From: Betaproteobacteria bacterium
GTDB taxonomy: Bacteria > Pseudomonadota > Gammaproteobacteria > Burkholderiales > SG8-39
Direction of reading: 5' to 3'
Length of the DNA: 64,000 nt
NCBI GenBank assembly: GCA_029883975.1
Contig: JAOUIL010000002.1
Span: 3,014-67,013, forward strand
Made by a program: the position numbers and the translations under genes. The notes beneath the pieces were generated by a model. It had not been told where the DNA came from. It searched no databases and saw only the letters and a list, made by a program, of their open reading frames with translations. The stretch's first letter is position 1, and every line of letters starts with the position of its first letter. Below, piece by piece: positions 35,195 through 45,900 of this stretch.

Positions 35195-36676
35195 TCAGAA
35201 TCGAAGCAACAACTGCACCAGCATCGCCGCAAACAGCACCACCAGCAGCGCCGCGAGCAGCCGGTTGCGGCGCGCGCCCTGCTCGGCGAGCCGGTCAAGC
35301 GCCGCGCGCACCTCGCCGAGGCGGTCCTCGGCGAGCAGGCGGTGCGCAAGCCGCGGCAGCTGCGGCAGCGTCGCCGCCCATGCGGGTGCTTCCTCGCGCA
35401 CGTGCCGCAGCAGCCCGCGCCAGCCGACCCGTTCGCTCATCCAGCGCTCGAGGAACGGCTTCGCGGTCTGCCACAGGTCGAGGTCGGGATCGAGCTGGCG
35501 GCCGAGACCCTCGATGTTGAGCAGCGTCTTCTGCAGCATCACCAGCTGCGGCTGGATCTGCACGCCGAAGCGGCGCGACGTCTGGAACAGGCGCAGCAGG
35601 AACCTGCCGAACGAGATCTCCTTCAGCGGACGCGCGAAGATCGGCTCGCACACGGCGCGGATCGCGGACTCGAACTCGTCGACGCGCGTGCCTGCCGGCA
35701 CCCAGCCGGCGTCCAGGTGCGCCTGCGCCACGCGGCGGTAGTCGCGGTTGAAGAAGGCGAGGAAGTTCTGCGCCAGGTAGTTCTGGTCCTCCTCGGTGAG
35801 CGTGCCCATGATGCCGAAATCGAGCGCGACGTAGCGCCCGCGCGTCTCGGCATCGGTGGACACGAAGATGTTGCCCGGGTGCATGTCGGCGTGGAAGAAG
35901 CCGTGGCGGAAGACCTGCGTGAAGAAGATCTCCACGCCGGCGCGCGCCAGGCGCGGGATGTCCACGCCGCGCTCGCGCAGCGCGGCCACCTGCGACACCG
36001 GCGTGCCGTGCATGCGCTCCATCACCATCACGCGCTGCGAGCACCAGTCCCAGTGCACCTGCGGCACGGCGAGCAGCGGCGAGCCCTCGAAGTTGCGCCG
36101 CAGCTGGCTGGCATTGGCCGCCTCGCGCATCAGATCCAGCTCGTCCTCGAGGTGGCGCGCGAACTCTGCCACCACCTCGCGCGGCCTGAGGCGCCGGCCG
36201 TCCGCCCAGAGCCGCTCCAGCAGCGCGGCCGCGGTCTCGAGCAGCGCCACGTCCTTGGCGATCGCGGCCTCCACGCCCGGGCGCAGCACCTTGACCGCCA
36301 CTTCGCGCCCGTCCTGCAGCCGTGCGAGGTGCACCTGCGCGACTGAGGCGCTCGCCACCGGCTCGCGCTCGATATCCGCGAACACTTCCGCCACCGGCTT
36401 GCCGATGCCCTGCTCGATCTCGGCGATCGCCAGGGCGGAGGCGAACGGCGGCACCTCGTCCTGCAGCTTGGCCAGCTCGTCGGCGACATCGAGGGGCAGC
36501 AAGTCGCGGCGCGTCGAGAGCACCTGGCCGAACTTGACGAAGATCGGGCCGAGAGTCTCCAGCGCGCGCCGCAGCCGCTCGCCGCGATCCGGGTCCGGCG
36601 CGCGCGCAAAGCGCGGCAGCAGCCGGTAGAGGCGAAAGCGCAGCGCGACCCAGAGGATGCGCGCCAGCCGGATCAT
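35195..36676 (-). CDS. ubiB: Ubiquinone biosynthesis kinase-like protein UbiB
   Basis: [46 protein letters not shown] and DFGIMG. Confidence 0.96.
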   Translation of the reverse strand: MIRLARILWVALRFRLYRLLPRFARAPDPDRGERLRRALETLGPIFVKFGQVLSTRRDLLPLDVADELAKLQDEVPPFASALAIAEIEQGIGKPVAEVFADIEREPVASASVAQVHLARLQDGREVAVKVLRPGVEAAIAKDVALLETAAALLERLWADGRRLRPREVVAEFARHLEDELDLMREAANASQLRRNFEGSPLLAVPQVHWDWCSQRVMVMERMHGTPVSQVAALRERGVDIPRLARAGVEIFFTQVFRHGFFHADMHPGNIFVSTDAETRGRYVALDFGIMGTLTEEDQNYLAQNFLAFFNRDYRRVAQAHLDAGWVPAGTRVDEFESAIRAVCEPIFARPLKEISFGRFLLRLFQTSRRFGVQIQPQLVMLQKTLLNIEGLGRQLDPDLDLWQTAKPFLERWMSERVGWRGLLRHVREEAPAWAATLPQLPRLAHRLLAEDRLGEVRAALDRLAEQGARRNRLLAALLVVLFAAMLVQLLLRF

Positions 36677-37239
36677 TCGAGGCGCTCGATGCGCTTTTCC
36701 AGGCGCTCGAGCGCATCGCGCAAGTGCGCCACGCCGGCGCGCAGCTCGGCGTGACCGGCGCGCGGCGCGAGCAGCTGCGCTTCCTCCTGCGCGTACTCCA
36801 TGAACCCCTCGGCCAGGCGGCGCGCGGCGTCGAGCTGCCAGGCCGCGAAGTCGCGCACCATCCCCGCCAGCCGGTGCGCCGCCGCGTCGCCGACCAGGCG
36901 CGCGAGGTCCTCCTCGGCATCCCAGCGCAGGTGGCGCGCGAGATGCAGCACTTCCTGGGCGAGGCGCGCGTTGCCCTCGATGTCCACCGTGCGCATGAAA
37001 TGCGCTTCGCCGCGCAGTAGCGCGGCCAGCGACTCGGGCTTGAGCGTGATGGCGAGGCGCGGCTCGCCGCCCGGCGCGACACGGCCGCCCTCGACGATGC
37101 TGAAGCGCAGCGCCGGCAGCGGCGGCGCGCGCAGCTCCACGGTCTCGCCGGCGAAAGGCGCCAGGCGCTCGCGCGCCCAGGACTCGGCGTCGAGCAGCCG
37201 GTTGAGCGCCGCCACCAGCGGGGATTCGAGCGTCACCAT
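36673..37239 (-). CDS. ubiJ: Ubiquinone biosynthesis accessory factor UbiJ (SCP2 domain)
   Basis: [14 protein letters not shown] and [15 protein letters not shown] with a C-terminal coiled coil; sits between tim44 and ubiB. Confidence 0.88.
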   Translation of the reverse strand: MVTLESPLVAALNRLLDAESWARERLAPFAGETVELRAPPLPALRFSIVEGGRVAPGGEPRLAITLKPESLAALLRGEAHFMRTVDIEGNARLAQEVLHLARHLRWDAEEDLARLVGDAAAHRLAGMVRDFAAWQLDAARRLAEGFMEYAQEEAQLLAPRAGHAELRAGVAHLRDALERLEKRIERLE

Positions 37240-37241
37240 GC

Positions 37242-37272
37242 AAACAAAAAGGGCCACCCTAGGGTGGCCCTT
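37242..37272 (-). terminator. Intrinsic terminator between tim44 and ubiJ
   Basis: Perfect palindrome AAGGGCCACCCTAGGGTGGCCCTT (37249-37272), followed on the minus strand by TTTTTGTTT. Confidence 0.75.
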
Positions 37273-37289
37273 GCGCAAGTATAGGCCGT

Positions 37290-38126
37290 TCAGTGCATCT
37301 GCTGGATGCCGGCGAGCAGCCAGCCGCTCGAGCCGTCGATCGGCTTGGTCAGGTTCCAGACCTCCTCGAAGCTCGAGGGCGCGGCGCCCGGCGCCTCGCG
37401 CATGAGGCCCGAGAAGCGCACGCTCGCCCAGTGGCGGCCCGCTTCGGTCGCCACCTCGAGCAGGTCGGCGTGCAGCGTCACGACGTCGGTCTGCTGTCCT
37501 GCGCCGGCGTCCGCGCGCAGCGCCTCGTACATGCCGGTGGTCGTTACCTCGCGCAGCTCTTCCAGCCGCCCGCTGTCGTTGGCCATCTGCAGGCGGATGA
37601 AGTTCTCCTTCGCCGCGCGCAGGAACGCCGCCGCGTCGAATCCCGCGGGCACGTGCGCGCGCGACGCGCCTGCCGAAGCGCGCAGGTCGAGGCCCGCCGC
37701 CTGCGATGGCGGAGGCGCGGCGACCGTCTCGCTGCCCAGGCCCGCGTATTGCAGCGCGGGCGCGCGCGCAATGCGCGGCGCGCGCAGCGCGCGCACCAGC
37801 GCGAACGCGCCATAGACCAGCATGCCGAGCAGCAACGCGCTCAGCAGCGTGCCGAGAATCGGGTTGCCGGCAAACAGCGCGCCGAGCACGCCGCCGAGCG
37901 CGAGCCCGCCGAGCAGCGGGCCCCACTTGCTCGTGCCCGCCGCCGGCGCCGCCGCCTGCTGCGCGGGTTTCGCGGGCTTGACGGGCGCGGCCGCGGGTGC
38001 AGGCGCCGTGAGATTGCGCTGCGCGCCGATCGTGCGTCCGCCGCCCAGGCGCTTGGCCTCCGCCTCGGGCATGGCCAGCGCCACACCGAGCAACACGGCC
38101 GCGATCACCGCCCACATCCTGCTCAT
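37290..38126 (-). CDS. Tim44 domain-containing protein
   Basis: AEAKRLGGG, Gly-rich TM hairpin, FIRLQ, ASVRFSG, FEEVWNL and WLLAGIQQ. Confidence 0.9.
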   Translation of the reverse strand: MSRMWAVIAAVLLGVALAMPEAEAKRLGGGRTIGAQRNLTAPAPAAAPVKPAKPAQQAAAPAAGTSKWGPLLGGLALGGVLGALFAGNPILGTLLSALLLGMLVYGAFALVRALRAPRIARAPALQYAGLGSETVAAPPPSQAAGLDLRASAGASRAHVPAGFDAAAFLRAAKENFIRLQMANDSGRLEELREVTTTGMYEALRADAGAGQQTDVVTLHADLLEVATEAGRHWASVRFSGLMREAPGAAPSSFEEVWNLTKPIDGSSGWLLAGIQQMH

Positions 38127-38165
38127 GACACGCCCTTTCCTCGCTTGTCCGAACGTCCTCTGATG

Positions 38166-38900
38166 CTACCCGAGTTTGATGCCGCGATGTACGGCGGCGA
38201 CGCCCGCGCTCAGGTTGAAACATTCGACCTCGGTGAGGCCCGCGCGTTCCAGCATCGCGGACAGTTCGGCCTGCGGCGGATGCATGCGGATGGATTCCGC
38301 CAGGTAGCGGTACGCTTGTCCGTCTCCGGCCACGCGCTCGCCCAGCCACGGCAGAATGCGGAAGGAGTACCAGTCGTAGGCGCGGGCGAGCGCCGGCCGG
38401 ACGCGCGAGAACTCGAGCACCAGCAGGCGTCCTCCCGGACGCAGTACGCGTGTCATCTCCGCGAGCGCCGCCTCCTTGTGCGTCATGTTGCGCAGGCCGA
38501 ACGCCACCGTCACGCAATCGAAGTAGCCGTCGGCGAACGGCAGGCGCTCGGCGTCGCACTGCACCGCCGGCAGACGCAGCCCCGCATCGAGCAGGCGATC
38601 GCGTCCGCGCTCGAGCATGCGCAGGTTGATGTCCGTGACCCAGACCTCCCCGCCCGGACCCGCGCCCCGGGCGAGCGCGCGCGCCAGGTCCCCGCTGCCC
38701 GAGGCGACATCCAGCACGCGCTCCCCGGGCCGCACGCGCGCCGCCGCGACCGCGAACGCCTTCCACAGCCGATGCAGCCCCAAAGACATCAGGTCGTTCA
38801 TCAGGTCGTAGCGCGGCGCGACCCGGTCGAATACACCGGCCACGCGCGCGCGCTTCTCGTCCTCGGGAACGCGCTCGTAGCCGAAATCCGCATCCTTCAT
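38166..38900 (-). CDS. ubiE: Ubiquinone/menaquinone C-methyltransferase
   Basis: [41 protein letters not shown] and YLAESIR. Confidence 0.97.
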   Translation of the reverse strand: MKDADFGYERVPEDEKRARVAGVFDRVAPRYDLMNDLMSLGLHRLWKAFAVAAARVRPGERVLDVASGSGDLARALARGAGPGGEVWVTDINLRMLERGRDRLLDAGLRLPAVQCDAERLPFADGYFDCVTVAFGLRNMTHKEAALAEMTRVLRPGGRLLVLEFSRVRPALARAYDWYSFRILPWLGERVAGDGQAYRYLAESIRMHPPQAELSAMLERAGLTEVECFNLSAGVAAVHRGIKLG

Positions 38901-38919
38901 AGGTGAGTGCACGCTTACG

Positions 38920-39267
38920 TTAGCGAGACTGTCCTGCCGCCGCGAGCTGCTTCAAGTAGGACGCCCAGCGCGCCTCCTGCTCGACCCCCAGCTCGTAAAG
39001 GTAGTCCCAGGAGTAGATTCCCGTCGCATGCCCGTCGGAGAACGTCGGCTGGATGGCGTAGGAGCCCACCGGCTCGACGCTGCGAATCTCGACGTCGCGC
39101 TTGCCGGTCTGCAGCACCTCCTGCCCCGGCCCGTGCCCCCGAACCTCGGCCGAGGGCGAAAAGACGCGCAGGTACTCATAGGAAAGCCGAAACTGCCGCC
39201 CGTCGTCGAAGGTGATCTCCAGGACGCGGCTCTTCTGGTGCAGGCGGATTTCGGTCGGAGTCGGCAT
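38920..39267 (-). CDS. DUF971 (GBBH N-terminal-like) protein
   Basis: [20 protein letters not shown] and [12 protein letters not shown]. Confidence 0.9.
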   Translation of the reverse strand: MPTPTEIRLHQKSRVLEITFDDGRQFRLSYEYLRVFSPSAEVRGHGPGQEVLQTGKRDVEIRSVEPVGSYAIQPTFSDGHATGIYSWDYLYELGVEQEARWASYLKQLAAAGQSR

Positions 39268-39292
39268 GCCCGGCCGATGATACTGCCTGCAC

Positions 39293-39326
39293 ATGCAACA
39301 ATTCCGTCACAAGAGTTTCTTAGTAT
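39293..39326 (+). promoter_or_regulatory. Putative Pho box and -10 element of phoB
   Basis: ATGCAAC-AATT-CCGTCAC (39293-39310) resembles CTGTCAT-A(A/T)A(T/A)-CTGTCAC and lies exactly 10 nt before TAGTAT (39321-39326). Confidence 0.65.
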
Positions 39327-39333
39327 CGTCACC

Positions 39334-40026
39334 ATGCCCGCAAATATCCTGCTGGTGGAGGACGAGCCGGCGATCCAGGAGCTGATCGCGGTGAACCTCG
39401 AGCATGCCGGCCACCACGTGATCCGCGCCAAGGACGCCGAGGGCGCGCTCGGCATCGTGCGCAATGCATTGCCCGACCTGCTGCTCATCGACTGGATGCT
39501 GCCCGGCATCTCGGGCGTGGCGCTCGCGCGCCAGATGCGCCAGGAAGACCGCACCAAGGCCATCCCGATCATCCTGCTCACCGCGCGCAGCGCGGAGAGC
39601 GACAAGGTCGCCGGGCTGGAGGCGGGGGCGGACGACTACGTGACCAAGCCGTTTTCGCCGCGCGAGCTGCTCGCGCGCATCAAGGCGGTCCTGCGCCGCC
39701 GCGCGCCGCAGATGACCGACGATCCGGTGGAGATGGGCGGACTGCGCCTGGAGCCGGAAACGCACCGCGTGTTCGGCGCCAAGCGCACGCTCGAGCTCGG
39801 GCCCACCGAGTTCCGGCTGCTGCATTTCCTCATGACCCACGCCGAGCGCGTGCATTCGCGCGCGCAGCTACTCGATCACGTCTGGGGGGATCACGTGTTC
39901 GTCGAGGAGCGCACGGTGGACGTGCATATCCGGCGCCTGCGCAAGGCGCTAGAGCCTTCCGGCCACGACCGCCTGATCGAGACGGTGCGCGGCTCCGGCT
40001 ACCGGCTGACCGCCAGTCCCGCTTGA
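39334..40026 (+). CDS. phoB: Phosphate regulon response regulator PhoB
   Basis: ILLVEDEPAI, DWMLPG, LGPTEFRLLHFLM, VEERTVDVHIRRLRK and TVRGSGY. Confidence 0.97.
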   Translation: MPANILLVEDEPAIQELIAVNLEHAGHHVIRAKDAEGALGIVRNALPDLLLIDWMLPGISGVALARQMRQEDRTKAIPIILLTARSAESDKVAGLEAGADDYVTKPFSPRELLARIKAVLRRRAPQMTDDPVEMGGLRLEPETHRVFGAKRTLELGPTEFRLLHFLMTHAERVHSRAQLLDHVWGDHVFVEERTVDVHIRRLRKALEPSGHDRLIETVRGSGYRLTASPA

Positions 40027-41342
40027 ACTCCGCCTGGGCCAGCCACCTTGCCGTCCTGGCGGTGGCCGCCGCGGCGGGACTACTCGGCTGGCGGCTGAGC
40101 AACGCGGCGTGGGGTTGGGCGGCGGTCGCGGCGGTCCTCGGCGTGCGGCTCGCCTACCACGCCGCGCACCTGGCGTCGTTCTTCCGCTGGTTGCAGCGGC
40201 CCGCGCGCGACTCGCTGCCCGCGGGGCGCGGCGTGTGGGAGGAAGCGTTCGCCCTGCTGCACCGGGCACTGCGCGATCGCGACGAGGAGCGCGACCGGCT
40301 ACGCCTGGCGCTGGCGCGCTTTCGCGACGCCGGCCGCGCGCTGCCCGACGGCGTGCTGCTCCTGGATCGCGAGTACCGCATCGAATGGGCCAATCCGACC
40401 GCCGCGCGCCACTTCAACCTCGACGCGCGGCGCGATGTCGGCCAGCCGGTGGCCAACTTCCTGCGCCACCCGGATTTCGTCGCCTGGCTGGAGGCCGGGG
40501 ATTTCCGCGAGCCGCTCACGCTGCGCGGGGCGCGCGGCGACGCCGTGCTGCTCGTGCGGCTGATCGAGTTCGGCGACGAGCAGAAGCTGCTCAACTCGCG
40601 CGACATCACGGCGCAGGAGCGGCTGGAGACCATGCGGCGCGACTTCGTGGCCAACGTGTCGCACGAGCTGAAGACGCCCATCACGGTGCTCGCCGGCTTC
40701 GTCGAGACGCTCGGCGACCCGACGATCGAGATGAGCGCCGCGCAGCGCAAGCGCTACCTCGCGCTGATGGCCGAGCAGGCGGGCCGCATGCAGCGGCTGA
40801 TCGAGGACCTGCTGGCGCTGTCGGCGCTCGAGTCGAGCGCCGCCCCCGAGGACGAGCGGCCGATCGCCATGCGCGCCTTCGTGGAAGCGCTCGCCGACGA
40901 GGCGCGGGCGCTGTCCGCGGGCCGCCACAAGGTGATCGTACGCATCGACGACGAGGGCAGCCTGCTCGGCAGCGCGCGTGAGCTGCACAGCGCGTTCTCC
41001 AACATGGTGTCGAACGCGGTGCGCTACACGCCGGCCGGCGGCAGCGTGACGCTGCTCTGGCGGACGCAGGACGGTCGCGGCGTGTTCGAGGTTCAGGACA
41101 CCGGCATCGGCGTGGAGCCGCGCCATGTTCCGCGCCTCACCGAGCGCTTCTACCGCGTGGACCACGGCCGCTCGCGCGAGACCGGGGGCACGGGGCTGGG
41201 GCTGGCCATCGTCAAGCACGTGCTCACGCGCCACGAGGCGAGCCTGGAAGTGGAGAGCCAGCCCGGCCGGGGCTCGACCTTCCGCGCGGTCTTCCCGGCG
41301 GGCCGCGCCGCGCCGCAGGACCCGGCAAAGGCCGCGGCCTAG
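40023..41342 (+). CDS. phoR: Phosphate regulon sensor histidine kinase PhoR
   Basis: PAS region, DFVANVSHELKTP, NAVRYT and RFYRVD...GGTGLGLAIVKH. Confidence 0.96.
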   Translation: MNSAWASHLAVLAVAAAAGLLGWRLSNAAWGWAAVAAVLGVRLAYHAAHLASFFRWLQRPARDSLPAGRGVWEEAFALLHRALRDRDEERDRLRLALARFRDAGRALPDGVLLLDREYRIEWANPTAARHFNLDARRDVGQPVANFLRHPDFVAWLEAGDFREPLTLRGARGDAVLLVRLIEFGDEQKLLNSRDITAQERLETMRRDFVANVSHELKTPITVLAGFVETLGDPTIEMSAAQRKRYLALMAEQAGRMQRLIEDLLALSALESSAAPEDERPIAMRAFVEALADEARALSAGRHKVIVRIDDEGSLLGSARELHSAFSNMVSNAVRYTPAGGSVTLLWRTQDGRGVFEVQDTGIGVEPRHVPRLTERFYRVDHGRSRETGGTGLGLAIVKHVLTRHEASLEVESQPGRGSTFRAVFPAGRAAPQDPAKAAA

Positions 41343-42958
41343 CCCTCCAGCAACTCGAAGGTCACGCGCTCGAAGTCGGCGCCGCGCTCGTGCGCTTCGA
41401 GCAGGCGCACGCGCACCGCGCGGCGCAGCAGCACTTCGATCACGCGCCGGGGCTTGAACCACCCGGCCGGCAGCACCAGGGTCGGCGGGGCCTTCAGCGC
41501 CGGCACCGCGCCGAGCGCGATCGCCTGCACGTAGGACTCGTCGGCGGCGTTCACGCCCGAGCCGCGTACCGCCACGCCCTGCGGCACGCCGGACAGATAG
41601 CGCAGCCCGCAGGTGATCTCGCCGGACTCGGTGGTCATCAGCCAGCGCACGTGCGCGAGCTGGAAACCGCGCGCATCGGCCGGACGCAGCGCGACCAGCT
41701 GCCCGTGCCCCATGCGCCGCCCGGCGGCCAGCGCGCCGCGCGCGACCCTGGCGCCGAGCGCGCTCTCGTCCTCGATGCGCCACGGTTCGCTGGCAAAGGC
41801 CGGCGCGGCGGCGCGCGCCTGCTCCTCGGCCACGCGATGGCTGACGTGGCCGAAGGTCTCGAGCTCCGCGCCCGCCTGCGCGGAGATTTCGTGCGGCGCG
41901 CCGGCGGCGCGGAACGACTTGCCGGTCACGAAGTAGTGGATCGCGGGCAGCCCGGTGCACAGCTCGGCCGACGCCGCGACCGGCCGGCGCTCCGCACCGC
42001 GCACCTGCCGCGCCTCGCACCACTGGCGAACCAGAAAGGCGAGCAGCTGCTCGCACGAGGGCTGCACGCAGTCCTCGCCCAGCGCCAGGCGCGCCGGCGA
42101 CTCGCCTTTCCTGAGCAGCGCAATGCGGTTGCGCAGGCTCTTGGCGAGGCGCCGCGTGTCCAGGTAGCGCAGCTCGATGCCCGCCGCGGGCCCGCGGGCC
42201 GCGCAGCGCATGCCGGCGAGGTCGACGACGAGCGGCGGCACGTCGCCCTCCGGCACGGGATCCTCCGACAGCTCGACCTTCTCCGCCCAGCGCTCGAGCA
42301 GGTAGGCGACGAAGGTGAGCTGGCGCGGCGGGAGCTCGTGCGGGTTGCACATGCCCATCAGGATGGCGCGCAGGTAGGCGATGCGCGGCGAGCTCGCCTG
42401 CACGTCGCGGTTCAGGTAGTCCTTGACCAGCGCATCGGTCACGCCGAGGCGCTCGGCGCGCTCGTAGACCTGGTGCAGGTGTTGCCAGTCGGTGGGCGGC
42501 ACCTCCCGGTAGGCGCGGAAGTGGTGGAACATGCGCAGCCCGCCGTAGGCGAGCGCGCGCTGCACGAGCAGCGCGCGCGGCGCGCGCAACGCCGGGTCGT
42601 CCGGCTCGAGGCAGCGCAGGTACGCGAGGCGCATCTGCTCCCAGAGCTCGATCGTGTTCTCGAACGCCTCGGCCTCGGGCCGCAACAGCGGCGCGGCGCG
42701 GTGTGTGAAGCGCTTGGCCTGCTCGAGCTGCACGAAATGCACCGCCTCGCGCACCGCCTCGAGCGCGGCGAGGCGCGGCGTGGCCGCGGTGCCAGAGCGG
42801 TTCAGCTCCCAGATCGCCAGCAGCAGCTGGCGCTGCGCCTCGGGAACGTTGGCGAGCGGCACGTTCTCCAGCCAAGCCCTGCAGCTGGCGCCGTCGGTGA
42901 ACTCCGGCCGCGCCGACGGGTCGACGGTGGGAAGCTGCAGCGCCTGCGGATGGCTCAT
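41339..42958 (-). CDS. FimW-like protein with C-terminal PilZ-type c-di-GMP motifs
   Basis: N-terminal WLENVPLAN...LNR helical domain typical of the FimW family, plus RGAER (RxxxR) and DESALG (DxSxxG). Confidence 0.65.
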   Translation of the reverse strand: MSHPQALQLPTVDPSARPEFTDGASCRAWLENVPLANVPEAQRQLLLAIWELNRSGTAATPRLAALEAVREAVHFVQLEQAKRFTHRAAPLLRPEAEAFENTIELWEQMRLAYLRCLEPDDPALRAPRALLVQRALAYGGLRMFHHFRAYREVPPTDWQHLHQVYERAERLGVTDALVKDYLNRDVQASSPRIAYLRAILMGMCNPHELPPRQLTFVAYLLERWAEKVELSEDPVPEGDVPPLVVDLAGMRCAARGPAAGIELRYLDTRRLAKSLRNRIALLRKGESPARLALGEDCVQPSCEQLLAFLVRQWCEARQVRGAERRPVAASAELCTGLPAIHYFVTGKSFRAAGAPHEISAQAGAELETFGHVSHRVAEEQARAAAPAFASEPWRIEDESALGARVARGALAAGRRMGHGQLVALRPADARGFQLAHVRWLMTTESGEITCGLRYLSGVPQGVAVRGSGVNAADESYVQAIALGAVPALKAPPTLVLPAGWFKPRRVIEVLLRRAVRVRLLEAHERGADFERVTFELLEG

Positions 42959-42972
42959 CGGCGGCGGCTACT

Positions 42973-45900
42973 TTACAGCAGCACGCGCTCGATGCCGCCG
43001 GCGTTTGCCTTGCGCACGAACTGCGGCAGCCAGTCCTCGCCGAGCAACCGCCGCGCCATCTCGACCACCAGGTAATCGGCGCGCGTGCCGGCGTCGTCGA
43101 AACGCGACAGTCCCTGCAGGCACGACGGGCACGAAGTGAGCACTTTGACCGGCCCCTCGCCGCCGAGCGCCGCGACGCCGCGCCGCAGCTCCTCTTCCTT
43201 GCGAAAGCGCACCTGCGTGGATATGTCCGGCCGCGTAAGCGCAAGCGTGCCCGACTCGCCGCAGCAACGCGCGGAGAGCTGCACCGCGCCGCCGGCGATC
43301 GCGCGCACCGTCTCGAGCGGCGCGCGCAGCTTCATCGGCGTGTGGCAGGGATCGTGATACAGGTACCGCTCGCCCGTCACCCCGTCGAGCTTCACGCCGC
43401 GCTCCAGCAGGTACTCGTGGATGTCGATCAGCCGCGAGCCGGGGAAGATGCGGCCGAACTCGTAGTGCTCGAGCTGGTCGAGGCAGGTGCCGCACGACAC
43501 GATCACCGTGCGGATGTCGAGGTAGTTGAGCGTCGTCGCGAGGCGATGAAACAGCACGCGGTTCGCGGTGATGATGCGCTCGCCACGCTCCTGCTCGCCC
43601 GCCGCCTTCTGCGGATAGCCGCAGCACAGATACCCGGGCGGCAGCACGCACTGCGCGCCGACCTCGTACAGCATCGCCTGCGTCGCCAGCCCGACCTGGC
43701 TGAACAGGCGCTCCGAGCCGCAGCCCGGGAAATAGAACACGGCCTCCGAGTCCTCGCTGGCGCGCGCCGGGTCGCGCACGATGGGCACGATCCTCGCGTC
43801 CTCGATGTCGAGCAGCGCGCGCGCGGTCCTCTTCGGCAGCCCGCCCGGCATGGGCTTGTTGACGAAGTGCACCACCTGCGCCGCCAGCGCCGGCCGGCCG
43901 GTGCTCGCCGGCGGCCGGCGCGTCTGCGCCCGCGCGAAGACGCCGAGCAGGCGGTGCGCGGCGCGCTGCACGGCGTAGCCCCAGCGGATCATCGCCTGGC
44001 GCGCCAGCCGCACCGCGCGCGGATCGGTGACGTTGAGGAAGAACATCGCCGCGCGCGTGCCGGCGTTGAAGCGGCGCCTGCCGGCGCGGCGCAGCAGGTT
44101 GCGCATGGCGATCGACACGTCGCCGAAATCGATGTCCACCGGACAGGGACTCGCGCACTTGTGGCACACGGTGCAGTGGTCGGCGACGTCGGCGAACTCG
44201 TCGTAGTGCACCCGCGCCACGCCGCGCCGCGTCTGCTCCTCGTACAGGATGGCCTCGATCAGCAGCGACGCCGCGAGGATCTTGTTGCGCGGCGAGTACA
44301 GCAGGTTCGCCCGCGGCACGTGCGTGGCGCACACCGGCTTGCACTTGCCGCAACGCAGGCAGTCCTTGATGGACTGCGCCACGCCGCCCAGGTCGCTCTC
44401 CTCGAGGATCAGCGACTCGGCGCCGATCAGCGAGAAGCTCGGCGTGTAGGCGTTCGCCAGGTCCCCGCCGGCGAGCAGCTTGCCGGCGTTGAAGCGTCCG
44501 TCGGGGTCGACCGCCTGCTTGTAGGCGCGGAACGCTTCCAGCTCCGCGGGCTCGAGATACTCGAGTTTGGTGATGCCGATGCCGTGCTCGCCGGAGATCA
44601 CGCCGCCCAGCGACTTCGCCAGGCGCATCAGCCGCCCCACCACCTGCGTCGCGCGCTGCAGCATGGCGTAGTCGTCGGAGTTCACCGGGATGTTGCTGTG
44701 CACGTTGCCGTCGCCGGCGTGCATGTGCAGCGCGACGAACACGCGCCCCCGCAGCACGCGCCGGTGCACGGCTTCGGCGCCCTCGAGAATCCGCGCGTAG
44801 GGCGCGCCGGCGAAGATGGCGCGCAGCGGCTCGCGCACTTCCGTCTTCCAGGACAGGCGCTCGCGGCGCGACTGCAGCGCCTCGAACTCGACGTCGATGG
44901 CGTTCCTCAGGCGCTGCCAGCGCGCGCGCACGCCGGCGAGCAGCTCGAGCGCCTGCGGCGGCCGCTCGCCGAGCAGCTCGGGGCGCGGCAGGCGCTCCTC
45001 GCCCTGCAGCAGCGGCAGCTCGTCGTGGAAGTATTCCTCGAGCGCATCGAGCAGCGCGAGCTTGTTGTCGATCGAGCACTCGATGTTGATGCGCTCCACG
45101 CCCTCGGTGTAGGCGCCGAGCTGCTCGAGCGGGATGACCACGTCCTCGTTGATCTTGAAGGCGTTGGTGTGACGCGCGATGGCCGCGGTGCGCGCGCGCT
45201 CCAGCCAGAAGCGCTTGCGCGCCTCGGGCGAGACGGCGACGAAGCCCTCGCCGCCGCGCGCGTTGGCGGTGCGCACCACGGCGGAGGCGCAACTCGCCAC
45301 CTCGTCCACCTGCTCGCCCACCAGGTCGCCGATCAGCACCATGCGCGGCCGCTCGCCGCGCCGCGATTTCGTCGCGTAGTCCACGGCCTTGACGTAGCGC
45401 TCGTCGAGGTGCTCGAGGCCCGCGAGCCGCACGCCCGCCTGCCGCGCCACGTGCGCCTTGATCTCGACGATCGCCGGCACCGCCTCGGCCGCGCTGCCGA
45501 AGAACTCCAGGCACACGGTGCGCGTGTGCGCCGGCATCCGGTGCAGGATGAAGCGCGCGGCCACGATCAGGCCGTCGCAGCCTTCCTTCTGCACGCCCGG
45601 CAGGCCGCCGAGGAACTTGTCGGTCACGTCCTTGCCCAGGCCGTTCTTCCTGAACGCCCCGCCCGGGATGTCGATCGCCCGCTCCTCCAGCAGCTTCTTG
45701 CCGTCGCGCGACACCCGGCGCACGTGGAACGTCGCCATCTCGGCGTCCTGCAGCCGCCCCAGGTTGTGCCGGTAGCGCTCCACCTCCAGCCACTCGCCCT
45801 GCGGCGTCACCATCTTCCACCAGGCGAGGTTGTCCACCGCGGTGCCCCACAACACCGCCTTCTTGCCGCCCGCGTTCATGGCGACGTTGCCGCCGATGCA

